64,000 nucleotides of DNA from Podarcis cretensis (taxonomy: Eukaryota). Positions 24,582-36,731 of this stretch are shown in pieces (positions within the stretch are counted from its first letter, which is position 1; each line of letters begins with the position of its first letter). The stretch is from the NCBI GenBank assembly GCA_951804945.1, contig OX638159.1, forward strand, positions 51,956,001 to 52,020,000, in the 5' to 3' direction. Position numbers and translations under genes: made by a program. The notes under the pieces are model-generated. The model did no database searches, had not been told where the DNA came from, and saw nothing but the letters and a program-made list of their open reading frames with translations.

Positions 24582-25083
24582 ATAAGGAGGATGCAGGACT
24601 AGCGGCACTTAATTTAGTTTACAAACTAAGCTCAAAATTTTTATATAGCTGCAGTGCAAACACCAGCTGTGCTTGCTGGCCAGACAGGCTTTCGGAACCT
24701 TTGAAGTGAAACTCCAATGAAATTAATCGCAATATATCTTTGGAAGAACCATTTTACACCCCACCCCACCCCCCCAAAAAACTTTTTTTCAATTTATTTG
24801 GGTTTGCTTTACCTTTACCTTTTTACATTTCCTATGGCCTGTCTCTTTCCTTTATACATAGACACACACAAACATTCAAACCCAGCTATTTAAAGGTCAA
24901 AACAGGTATGGTATTTGCCATTCACTTTACCCTTGCATAGTTGATTTTTAAAAATTACATAACAACAACAAGGGCCAAGGGTTAAAGCAAGGACTGAGAA
25001 TCTGGGGGCTGTTTTGATGTTGTTGGAGTCCAATTCCCTCAGTTCCCACCTTCATGGCCAATGAAGAAGGAGGACGGAAGCTA

Positions 25084-25346
25084 CCGTATTTTTGGCTCTA
25101 TAAGACTCACTTTTTCCCTCTTAAAAAGTAAGGGGGGACTGTGTGTGCGTCTTATGGAGCGAATGCAGGCTGCACAGCTATCCCAGAAGCCAGAATAGCA
25201 AGAGGGATTGCTGCTTTCACTGTGCAACGATCCCTCTTGCTGTTCTGGCTTCTGAGATTCAGATTTTTTTTTTTCTTCTTGTTTTCCTCCTCCAAAAACT
25301 AGGTGCGTCTTGTGGTCTGGTGCGTCTTATAGAGTGAACAATACGG
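25084..25346. mobile_element. Tc1/mariner MITE (CCGTATTTT family) nested in an older palindromic MITE
   Basis: TA-CCGTATTTTTGGCTCTATAAGAC...GTCTTATAGAGTGAACAATACGG-TA. Confidence 0.88.
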
Positions 25347-25482
25347 TATATTCCAACAGCAGCTGGAGAACCACAGTTTCCCATCCCTGGCCTAAAGCCT
25401 CACTGCCTGACACTGCTACCCCAATCTGCCCCAATTCTTGAGCTGACTATGCTACATGTAGTTCAGTCCTAAAAGGCTGAAT

Positions 25483-25620
25483 TCGAAGCTACAAACATGA
25501 AGCTACAAACATGAGTCTGACCAAACTGCGGGAGGCAGTGGAAGACAGGAGGGCCTGGCGTGCTCTGGTCCATGGGGTCACGAAGAGTCGGACACGACTA
25601 CACGACTAAACAACAACAAC
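25483..25620 (+). mobile_element. Short BovB 3' end
   Basis: Matches the 3' ends at about 23280-23402 and 54835-54952; 12-bp TSD aaaaggctgaat (25471-25482 and 25621-25632). Confidence 0.9.
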
Positions 25621-25994
25621 AAAAGGCTGAATGGACAAGTTTCGATAGGTCCACATTGCAGGTAGATTAGATTTCGACCACTTTGCCATACCTTCTTCTA
25701 AAGAATCGTGGGAACTGTAGATTGACAGGCAGATGCTGAGAGAAAACATCTGCTCATCATCCCCCACCCCAAGGACTGCGATTCCCAGTGCCAAGGGAAT
25801 AGTCTATTAAGCGCAAACAGACCATTATTTATCCCAGCTTGTTAACAAATGCAAAGTACCAATTACAGAAGGACTTAAGAATCCATATTTTATGAGCACA
25901 AAAACCAAAACCAACATGCAGTATCCACAATTATTGGTGGTCTTCTGAGCAAATCAACATTTCCTTCATCAAACACATAGTCACGTATAAGAAA

Positions 25995-26610
25995 TTCCAT
26001 CAGCTTCGGCCAGTGCCCCAGCTGTGCCCTATCTAGCCTAACTAGTGTTGCCTATGCTCTGATAACCTCTGGGTTAGATTATTGCAACACGTTATATATT
26101 ATACATAGGGCTGCCTCTGAAGACGGTTTGGAAACTTCAGCTGGTGCAAAATTTGGCAGCCAGGTTGCTCACCGGCGCAGGACGGTTTGAGCATATTATA
26201 CGGATCCTGGCCCAACTTCACAGGCTGCCAATTAGTTTCTGGGCCCAATTCCAAGTGCTGGACCACCTCTCTCCGTGTGAATAAACCTGGACCCTGAGAT
26301 CATTTTCTGACACCCTTTTTCATGTGCCTCTTCCGCCAGAGGTTCAGAGGATGGCAACACGAGTTGCAGCGGCTTCCTATTTGTGGAATGCTCTCCCCAG
26401 GGATGTTTGGCTGGTGCCTTCATTTAGGCACCAAGTGAAAGCTTTCCTCTTCAATCAAGCCTTTGGCTGATTAACATCTGATGCCCTTTTAAATGTGTTT
26501 GTGGGATCGGGAGGGTATGATGATGATGATGATGATGTATTGCGTGTTTTTATCTTTTTATTTTGTGAACTGTCCTGAGATCTACAGCTGAAGGGTGGTA
26601 TGCCAATGTT
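25995..26610 (+). mobile_element. Old degenerate L2 3' fragment
   Basis: Remnants of LDYCN (ttagattattgcaac), KLQLVQN.AARLL (aaacttcagctggtgcaaaat) and LWNALP (ttgtggaatgctctcccc). Confidence 0.75.
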
Positions 26611-27392
26611 GATGGTGGTGGTGGTGGTGATGATATCAATCAACTGTTCTGGTTTTCTTCAGTGGTGTAATCAGACACCACTGTAATCAGACCGTGTTGG
26701 ATCAGACCAAAGGCTCATCTAATCCTGCTTCCTGTCTTCACAGTGGCTAAAAAGATGCCGACGGGAATCCTGAAAGCAAGATCTGAGTGTAACAGCATTC
26801 AGGAATGAAACTATCAAGGGAAACTTCCTCCATTGGTGGAGATAGTACAGACCCATCATGGCCAGTAGCCACAGATAGTCTTATCCTCTATACATTTGCC
26901 TAACACTCTTTCAAAGCCATCAGAATTGATGACCATCAGTACATCTTGCAGAAGCAAATTCCACAGTTTAAGCCATTTCCACTAACCTGTATTTTTTGTA
27001 CACCACTTTCACTAATATATACATTTTTAGGCACATGCTGTATCCTAGCACACAATATTTTTTTTTTTTTTGTGCACGTTCCTTGGAGAACTGCATTGCA
27101 AATTTCAGAGAAGCGAGAATTTTTCGGAGTCTGGCTAGCTGTGTGTTTCGGGTGAGATATTGTTTCGGAAAGTGCGAGAGGAAGGAAGGATGGGAGAGAC
27201 CTGAAGGTGCCAGGGGCCCTCTCTTGAGGGTCAACAAAGAAATGGGTGGAGAGTGGTTGGCTGATGTTTCTGCCGCCAAAATGAGCAGGGCTTCTTGAGT
27301 CTGAAGGAAAGCCCAAGGGTGGTCTACTAGTGAAGGGAGCAAGGAACAGCTGCCCCAAGCTCTGATGGACTGTGGCAACCCCATGGGAGGAG

Positions 27393-27641
27393 GGAAGAAG
27401 AAGAGTTTGGATTTAATATCCCACTTTATCACTACCCGAAGGAGTCTCAAAGTGGCTAACATTCTCCTTTCCCTTCCTCCCCCACAACAAACACTCTGTG
27501 AGGTGAGTGGGGCTGAGAGACTTCAGAGAAGTGTGACTAGCCCAAGGTCAGCCAGCAGCTGCAGGTGGAGGAGTGGAGACGCGAACCCGGTTCACCAGAT
27601 TACGAGTCTACCGCTCTTAACCACTACACCACACTGGCTCC
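27393..27641 (-). mobile_element. tRNA-derived SINE (Squam2-like, CORE/L2-tail type)
   Basis: Minus strand GGAGCCAGTGTGGTGTAGTGGTTAAGAGCGG (A box)...GGTTCGCGTCTCC (B box), CORE-like body and (TTC)n tail. Confidence 0.82.
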
Positions 27642-27913
27642 CATCATGCTTTTTCTTGGGCTTTCCTTGAGGTGTGAGAAGCTGGAAAAGTCAGGTTACC
27701 GAGCCCCTGACATCAGCACATTTGCTAATTTTGCTTTTCTATGAGAACTTCTTCCCACTGAAATTCTTTCTGCGCCGATTTCTCTAAAAGTAAACAAAAA
27801 CAAAAAGCACAGCACAGCAGTGGTGTGTATAATTCTAAAGAACAAACACAGCATGTGCGTATAATTTTAAAGAACACCCACTGTTCTTCTTGGCTGCTGG
27901 AAACCCCACCCAG

Positions 27914-27930
27914 AGCGCCCTCTAGTGTCA
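27914..27930 (-). promoter_or_regulatory. Candidate CTCF site
   Basis: Minus strand TGACACTAGAGGGCGCT is close to the CCACYAGRKGGCR core; motif match only. Confidence 0.45.
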
Positions 27931-29639
27931 CAGCCTTTAGAGGAGTTTGCTTTATACCTCATGAAGGTTTTGTTCTCAACCATGAGGGCTAGAAGCAGGA
28001 GTGATGCCCAGTGAGTTTCAGTGAAGTTACCCGGCGATAGGGTTAATGCAAAGGATGCTCCTCTAACAGTGAGGATTTAAACCATCCCCGCACCCCCTTG
28101 AAAGGATAAGAATGAATCTGTTCTCTTGAACTGGCTTTTCAGTAAACCACCAGGAGCGGCCGCATCTCCTAAGAAATATGCAGCGTATAAAACACTAACA
28201 ATAATAAGAGCACCATTATTAGAGGCTCGGCAAAAATATTCGATCAATACTTGCTGTTTTGCTTATACTCGCAGCTAAACCTCTGCATTTCGAAACAGAA
28301 CTCGCTTCCACTTATGAGTGGTGTACCTTGAAAATGACACTCAATTAAAACATACAGGGAATGTATAATTTGCAAGGCCTTGAGACAAGGAGCAGGTACT
28401 ATGCTTTGGGGGAAAAACACTCTCAGAAAAACACCATTGTGCTGACGGTTAGAAACCCTGTAATGCTCAAAAGCCCTGTTTCCTGCAACAAAAGAGCAGA
28501 CAGTTGTAATTTCCTGTAATAATATTTTCCCTATAGATCTCAAGTGCCTCCCTCTCATCGCAGGTATCTTTTTCCGAGTGGAGGTTGCAGAGCTTACAAG
28601 TGAAGGATCATCTGTGATATTGAAGTAATTAGCCAGTAGGTGGCCATAGCCATTAAGCAATTTGCACCAGTTCAGATTCATTGCTGTGCTACAGTTTGGA
28701 GAGACGCCTCTCCTGTTGCTAAGAATGCGTCACTCCTATTCTCAACCTCTTATTTGTCTTTTTTTTTTGCCGTTATTTCAGCCTTTTCTCTGGGTGTGCA
28801 CAGAAAATCCCCTGCAACTACTTCTGATAAATGGGTGGTGGAGGTGGGAGGGAGGAGAGGAAATGGCAGGAAGAAAAATATCCAGCTGTCTCCTTTGTTG
28901 TGCTATCCCAAAATTCTGATCTCAGTGCTACTGGGCTGGCCTTTAATATTTTGAGTTTTTATTTTTTTAAAGGTCTTCAAAGCAGTCCACAAGCTTAACA
29001 TGGAAAATGTCAAAACAGCAACAAATTTTAAATAAACGATCAATCAGCAGCCATCATCTCCCTTGCCTATATATCCTTACCTTCCATTTGTTGAATTCTC
29101 TGCTGTGTTGAATTTCAGGACTGTAAGCCTTATGGGGCAGGGATCTGTCTTCTTGTATTTTCAAAGGCACCTTTATGGCAATAATAACATTCTCCCATTT
29201 ATTTAGAAATATTTTAGGTCACCTTTAAAACCCCTCTTGAGGTAGCTTCTAACACACAAAAGAAAACAAATGCAGGAACAAAATAATCATTATAAGCCTT
29301 CAAATAATAACGTCGTCATCAAGCCTAAACACACTCAGGATAATAACAAATGAAAACATGGGGTTCTTTTAGAACTTTTTCGAACACCAGAAATCATGGA
29401 GCCTGTCACAGTGCAGGTGGCAATGTGTTCTAGAGATGTGGGGTCATGGCTGAAAAGATTCTTTCCTTTGGACATGTCAACTGATTGCAGATGATCAGTG
29501 GGTACATGCTTACTTTTCACAATATTGGCTGGCTTCCAGAGACTGTGGTTATGCTAATGGAGGGGGCATTTATCTGTTTTACTGGATTTGAATGGGCTAC
29601 TCTCATGTAATTTTGAGAAACAGCCATAAGGGTATTAAT

Positions 29640-29778
29640 GGTACAGAACATGGATGCAGAAAGTTCAAGGGTCAATCCCTGGCATCTCTGAGTTGACTCA
29701 GCAAAGACTCTGGAGAGCCACTGCTGGTGTAGACAATGCCGTGTGAGATGGACCAATGAGTATAAGGCAGCTTCCTAG
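29640..29778 (+). mobile_element. Decayed Squam3-like SINE
   Basis: atccctggcatctc...ctggagagccactgc...gtataaggcagcttccta tail. Confidence 0.6.
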
Positions 29779-30399
29779 ATTACCTTGCAGCAGGTAAAAG
29801 TGAACAATTGCATGTGAAATGAAAAGCAATGGAAGCGTTGCTCTACTACAGTAGCTGCTGTCATAGTGAGCATGACAGAACAATGGCCTTCCATCAAGAC
29901 TATATAAACTGCTGGACTTGGTGAGGATTGCATGGAGACACCCCTAACACGAATTGCTGCCTCTGTACCAGTTATGTACACACGGCCGATGCTCTTTATG
30001 TGATTGCAGCTGTCATACAGATGTTGATGGTTCCAACATGAACTCTACTGGGCTGGTGATATCAAGGAGACTGCCTAGGGTGTGAACCAGGCCATGGTTG
30101 GAAACCCCAAGTTGTAACTTCATGGTAAGACCTCAAAGCTGCAATCCCAGGTACGCTCACTTGGGGGGCATTCCACTGAATCCAGAATTCAGAGTAGACG
30201 TACGTAGGGGCTGAGCTGCCCAGGTGAAGCTTATCTTTCTGCAAGACCAGCATGACTGTAATTTTTTCTGAATTTGACTGTTTTATCTTTTGTAACCTGC
30301 TTTGAGGGTGTTGTTGTTTTGTTTTTTTACCATCAAGCACTGTATAAATTTTATGAAATAAATAGCTAGGTAAGTAAACCAGCCAACTTACTGACTTGG

Positions 30400-30406
30400 G
30401 ATAATA

Positions 30407-30441
<35 letters not shown>
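30400..30441. repeat. (AAT)n microsatellite
   Basis: Seen directly. Confidence 0.9.
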
Positions 30442-30442
<1 letters not shown>

Positions 30443-30869
30443 CCGATCTCTGGACGCAGAATCTGAGAGAGCTAATCTAAGGTCTGTCTCACACGTGAAT
30501 ATTCATCACTTGATGACTGCAAAGCTAGGTGATGACTTTATGTGCGGGAGTCAGATACAGGCACACAGAATTCTCACATGGTGTGTGTCAGTGTTGGGTC
30601 TGTTCACATTTCCAGTTCTGGCAGTGGTCAGCATGCATGCAGAATGGGCTCCAACAGTTCCCATCTGCTTTGGTACGTATATGTGACAGTAGCTCCCATT
30701 TCACAAAGAAGATGCTCAACAACTCACTAGATAATATTATAAGCAATTACTGCAAGGAAGTGCCAGGATAGAGCGGAGAGCGGAGGCAGACGTGCTACAC
30801 AATGGAATTGCTGCAGGCAGAACACCGATGCCTTTAATCCCCCACTCGTGCCACTCCCCACAAATGGGG

Positions 30870-33800
30870 AGAATTCATGGAATCACATAATTCTTTAATG
30901 TCCGTGTACATGTATCTGGTAATCAAAGCTTGGCTGCAATCTTGTTATTTGGTAAAGCCATAGAAAGAAAGACAATGCATGTAATTTCTGAAATTCTCCC
31001 CTGCTTTTCTTTTTTGACCTTTGGTATTTGTACGTTATCGATGCTTTCTCTAAACCATTGTACAAAAACACCTTGAAGTGTCAAGCTTTAAAAATGAGTC
31101 TTCTTTTCTCTTTCTCCTCTGCAGCTTGGATTATCTTGGCCTTGTCAAAATACATTCTCTAGTTAGAGGTTGGAAATATTTCCCTCCTGGCTCCTAAGTA
31201 TTGATTTTTTTCAACACTCGGCTCTGTCTGTCAGCTGAAGAGGTGAAAGGTGAAAGTTCATCCAGCACTGCCTGGCTTTACCTTCCTATTAATGTCGTGC
31301 CCTTTCTGCGTTTGATCAGTTTATGTGATCAGCAACAGAACAGTTACTGAGCAGATTCTACCTATAGGAAAAAAAAATATTTAAGCCATCAATTATTGTA
31401 ACAGAGGAACACACCTTGAGAATCAAGAGGTTCTTGAAGTGTTGCAATTATGAAGGCTTGTGGTTATCTGATGTCCCCCACCCTCTCCTCTGTTACATAA
31501 TGACCACCTCAATCCATACTCTTCTGCTTTTCCAAAGGAACCCCCCCCCACCAACCCAAAGGACCGAATTAATTATTGGTTATGATCCTCTCTGAAGAAT
31601 AATTAGCCTAGTGATACCACAGGTATGTAGATCCAAGTGAAAAACTGCTGGATGAAGGAGACACAGCACATTCTGAAGCATTCCCAGTGGGAAGCTGCCC
31701 TTGTCTTAATGTCTCGGCAAATAACTTCGTTCAATTTCTCGGGAGAGGGGGAGAAGAAAAAAAGACCTCCTATTTTCCTGTACTATGGAGGGTACTAATT
31801 AAATTCCTGCCTTCCTTTCTGGATGTAATCACATCATCCCTAAAATTAAAATAACAAGCCTGAGTATTTCCCCCATTGATTACTTTCCCTAATTCCTTTT
31901 GCCTTACGAATAAATCGGATCTTTCTGAAGCTGAGTCTCTACCTACCAAAATGAAATGTCCCTGACACCAAAAGGAAACACAGACTGTCTCTCTCTACAC
32001 ACATACACAAAACTAAGGGCCAAACTAGGTAATATGGTAAGCACAGCGTCTGATGCTAAACATGGCTGTCCTGTGAAATACGTCACATGTACTCCCTGCC
32101 TAACATCTTAAGTATCATGACATTACAACATTTTGCATTTCCCTATCCTCGTTTCACATCGCTAACTGAGGGTCACAGTGCCCACAGAATGTTATAACAT
32201 TACTACTGCTAGTTTCTCGGTGTTATAGAGCGTGGGTAGCTGAAACTACAATTGTGGTATATATTTCCAAACGCAGCTATAACATGACTGTCGCGTCCAG
32301 CCAGGCTTAGTGCAACCGCCTGGCGTTGTTGAGTGTGGCAATCAACGCGATGATTGTAATATAGGGAAAGCACTCTCTGGTCCAATTTAGCATTTATTTC
32401 ACAGACATTATCTACACAGGGCCATTGGGTACATGCAGCAGCCAATAAGTGGAATCGCCCAGTTGTTTCTTGAGGCAGACATTTTAATCAGTTACCGTAC
32501 ACCGCGACTTTAGTCATGACAACATTTTCATACAGGTGTCTCATCATGTCATCTTTTGCTTGTAAACTGCCAATGAAGCCACGTACGTCTCTACATTTAC
32601 AAAGACAAATCCAAATACAGTACTAAACAAATCAATAAAACACTAAAAGCTTACACTGGAATGACAATACAAATTTTACTGCAGTGCTGAAAGGTCTAAG
32701 CCATGATGAAGTTTGCAGTGAGGCCTGAGAAAGTCACTCAAGCGCTGATTTGCATGTGAGGGAAATTAAGACTTCTAGGCCAAAAATCCACTGAACGCTG
32801 CCTGCTGTAGCACAGTCTCCATTTATTTCAGTGAGAGGGTTATGTGGGTTCCCATTCAAAGCCTAGCGGATTGTTGTAGCTGCTAGCACATAAATATTGA
32901 TTCTCATGTTTAAATTACTCTCTTTTTTTGCAGGCTAGCTTCCCCTATTGGTTTAAAAGTACCCTTTTTAAAATTTAAATAGACATAATGCACCACGTGT
33001 TAGATATCTGCAGAATACATAATTTTAAGAAGGTACAGCATTTAAACTTCTTAGATCTTTCACAACACTGAACTACTTCCTAGTGATAAAAGCATGTAGC
33101 GTGCTTTTCCATGGTTTTATTTAAAGCGGCTGGAATTTAGGAAATACATGTTAAGCATTTAAAATAAAAATAAAAATGGGGCAGTGCAGTTGCTCCACAT
33201 TCTGCACTTGAAATAAATAAGTGGGGGCTTCACACAGGTCCCACTGAAATGAACATAAATTGTGTAGCACCACTTGGCAGATTTGCTCTCATTCAGCATA
33301 ATGTAACAGGTCTGGTAGACACCCAGAGTGAAACTCCATGTTGCAACACACACAGAAGCTGCAGGCATGTGAAATCAGCAGCCACTTTTTGGGTTCTGAA
33401 TGCCCCCCTTGTAGTTTGAAGTAAATCTTATGTGCATTTGTATTTCCTTGGCTGGCTATGTCAATGTCGGGACATGGATGTTGTTGCAACATATTAAGAA
33501 GGGGAGAGGAGAGGAACTCTGTACAGAGGTGCCATTTTGGGTATCAGCCCTCTGCTTATAGTAATATAAAGTTCTGATCACAGTGGGTCTGTGGAGCTTT
33601 CTGCAAGCAGAGGCTCCTTCCATTTTCTGCAGCGATGGGGAACAATCTTTGCACCAAGTCCCACTGCCTGCAAGAAGCATTTAGCCACTGCTGACGAGAC
33701 AAGGCAGCTTCCATGCAGAGCTCCATGTGAGCAAGGGAGCCTTGTGGAGTTTTGAAGGATGGATGAACAACAAAGAAGTCTGTCTAAGAGAAGTAAATAT

Positions 33801-35857
33801 GACTCTGGAATGCCCCAGGGGAAATGCACAAATGGTCCATTTCTGTTTATGTCATACTAACGTTCTGATTCGGTAGAAAAGAGTGTACATATTTTGTGTA
33901 CACTTTCTTGCCTTTTCCAAATCCTGGTACCTATTGCATGAGTTCACTTCAAAAACACGGAAGATCCACAACAGAATTTCACCACCATTAGATAAACTCC
34001 ATTTAAGCTTTGCCATAGTTAAAAAGGATATAAACTCACAACAACTATGCGATAAACATTCCTAATGGTCTTTAATTTCTTTCTCTGCTTTTAAAATCTC
34101 ATGTAGATAGATATGTTGATTGCAGCCTGTGTAATCCTACTTACATGTACAGTGTATTGAACAGACCACCGAGATGTTTAACAAAAAAATAATCAATGTA
34201 TGCAAACTACTAGGAACTGCTTCAGCACAGGCCCCGCTGAAACGTATGAGATGAGAGCAAGACTACTGGATTACTCTTGTGCAATTCTCATTCATATCCA
34301 TGGGGACTGCATGCAAGCAGTGCTTAAAAGAAAGTACTCAGTAGTTTTTCAACTCAGAAGTCATCATTTTTTTTATCTATTCATTCAAAATCTACTTTTG
34401 GATCTGACAGGCTCAATTTCTGTTGAATGTGTTAGCAGACACTAAGAGCATTCTCTCTGCATATTCCCCAGATTTAAGGCAAAGAGAATGGAAGCTAGAA
34501 AAGCACATGTCTATATGCACCACCATTTAAACAAAACATTCTCCAGAATGTTTTCCCTGCCGTACTAGGAACAAAACTCCAGGTGCATTCGCACAGTAAT
34601 AAATACAGGCGATATGTGAACATCTTACACTGCTCACTTATTGAAAATGTTTAAAAATATAGTAGCAATTTCCTGCACCAATGACCAGTGATGCATTCCA
34701 CCAAATACTTCCACCTCTTAAAACCCCTGTCCTTTAATGAAATCTAAATGTTGAAAATGTGTTGCATCATGATTAAGCTGACATCAGAACAAAATTCACT
34801 GGGGTCATATTTTTGTTGGGTCCAGTTCAAGAGAAATCTGGGAAAGAGAACCCTCGTGGACACAAATATCCATATTATCAGCAAAGGAAATGCTAACAGC
34901 CACCCTCTTTCTCCAGTAGCCTTGCAAATTTTCATTTTTTTTCAAATAAAAAAAATTAACATCACAGTCAATATTATTCTCTCTTCCCTGACATATGAAA
35001 CATAAAATTGCCTCTTTGCTCATTAAAGCACGCCATCATTTCCAAATCAATCAAGAATGTATATAAGGAAGCGTCGCCGGTTTGAAGGAAGTGGAAAATT
35101 CTCTTTCCCATATATTTTGCCGTGAAATCCTGAGCCTGACAGGTACAATAAACCTTTAATGCTGTGAACCAGCATCTCTAGTGGACGCAGGGGAGTTCCT
35201 ATGCACATGGGAGCCATATGACCCTGTCCTGTAAGTTAAGAAGTGCCATGAGAATGCATGTGAAGACCTGTGTGTGGATGCTACAAGCCCACCTCTCTGC
35301 CACCACCCATTTTAGGCTAGGAGCACAGCTGGAGGAGCATCCATGTAAACAAACATACTTTCAGTAAACATCAGGATTCTAAATACTTCAAAAGGAAGAA
35401 GAAGCAAAGTTTTAACTTAAAACCCTGTGAATCATTTCAGCCACTCTCAAAGCGATTAGATTAAGCCCGGTTTAAATGCTGTGATTTGATTCCCTCCCCC
35501 CCCCCTTTTAACTTAATAAAATCAAGATCTTCCAGAGAGTCTTACTGAAGCAGTTGCAACCCGAAGAAGCACAGCTGCGTTCTCATGGTTCTTATTCTCC
35601 CTACGGATAAAGGGGGAAACCCTACAACGCTGGCATAACTGCTGCAGGCTGCTGAGTTTGGTACATGTGCCTCTAAGTCAACAGCAAGGCTTCTGCTGTA
35701 GGGAAGCAATTTCCCCTGGCCAATCTCGCTGCGTTACTGGTGCGGACCCTGGCGTGGACCACCTGGTGTCAAGATCGCAATGAGGGAGATGAGATTTACA
35801 GGGGGTTTCCAAACAAAACTGTATTGAGAGCAAGAAACAAAAGCAGAACGCCTGACT
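30870..35857 (-). other. WDR7: Probable long 3' UTR of WDR7
   Basis: About 5 kb with no recognisable transposons directly after the stop codon. Candidate minus-strand poly(A) signals: ATTAAA 32483-32488, AATAAA 32393-32398, and ATTAAA 30894-30899 with TGTA just upstream. The end point is inferred. Confidence 0.5.
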
Positions 35858-36067
<210 letters not shown>

Positions 36068-36386
36068 TTAGGGGATAAAAAAAGAGGACCAGTCAATCAG
36101 TATCGAAATCCAAAAATTTGTTTATGGAGAGCACAGCAGTGTAAAATGTGCAGAGCACCCTGTAAGAGCTTAGAGAAGTTGTTTGATTATACTTCCTGGT
36201 GATAGCAATATGGCTTTAATTGGAGTTTCTTTCCATTCATTCTGAACCAATAGCCACTGAGAATCCATAAAAACGTTGTGAGCATCCCTGATGAAGTTGC
36301 ATTATGAGTACCATGAGGAACATGGCCGATCCTTCATTTTTGCTTTTTTAAAGAGAGGTTCATAAAGGCTATTTAATTAGAGCTCC

Positions 36387-36731
36387 CGGGTGGCGCTGTG
36401 GGTTAAACCACAGAGCCTAGGACTTGCCGATTGGAAGGTCGGCGGTTCGAATCCCCGCAACGGGGTGAGCTCCCATTGCTCGGTCCCAGCTCTTGCCAAC
36501 CTAGCAGTTTGAAAGCACATCAAAGTGCAAGTAGATAAATAGGTACCGCTTCAGCGGGAAGGTAAACGGCGTTTCCGTATGCTGCTCTGGTTCACCAGAA
36601 GCGGCTTAGTCATGCTGGCCACATGACCCAGAAGCTGTACGCCGGCTCCCTCGGCCAATAAAGCGAGATGAGCGCTGCAACCCCAGAGTCGGCCATGACT
36701 AGACCTAATGGTCAGGGGTCCCTTTACCTTT
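36387..36731 (+). mobile_element. Sauria SINE in the last WDR7 intron (antisense to the gene)
   Basis: Same family as 705-1061, with ACCTTT tail. Confidence 0.92.
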
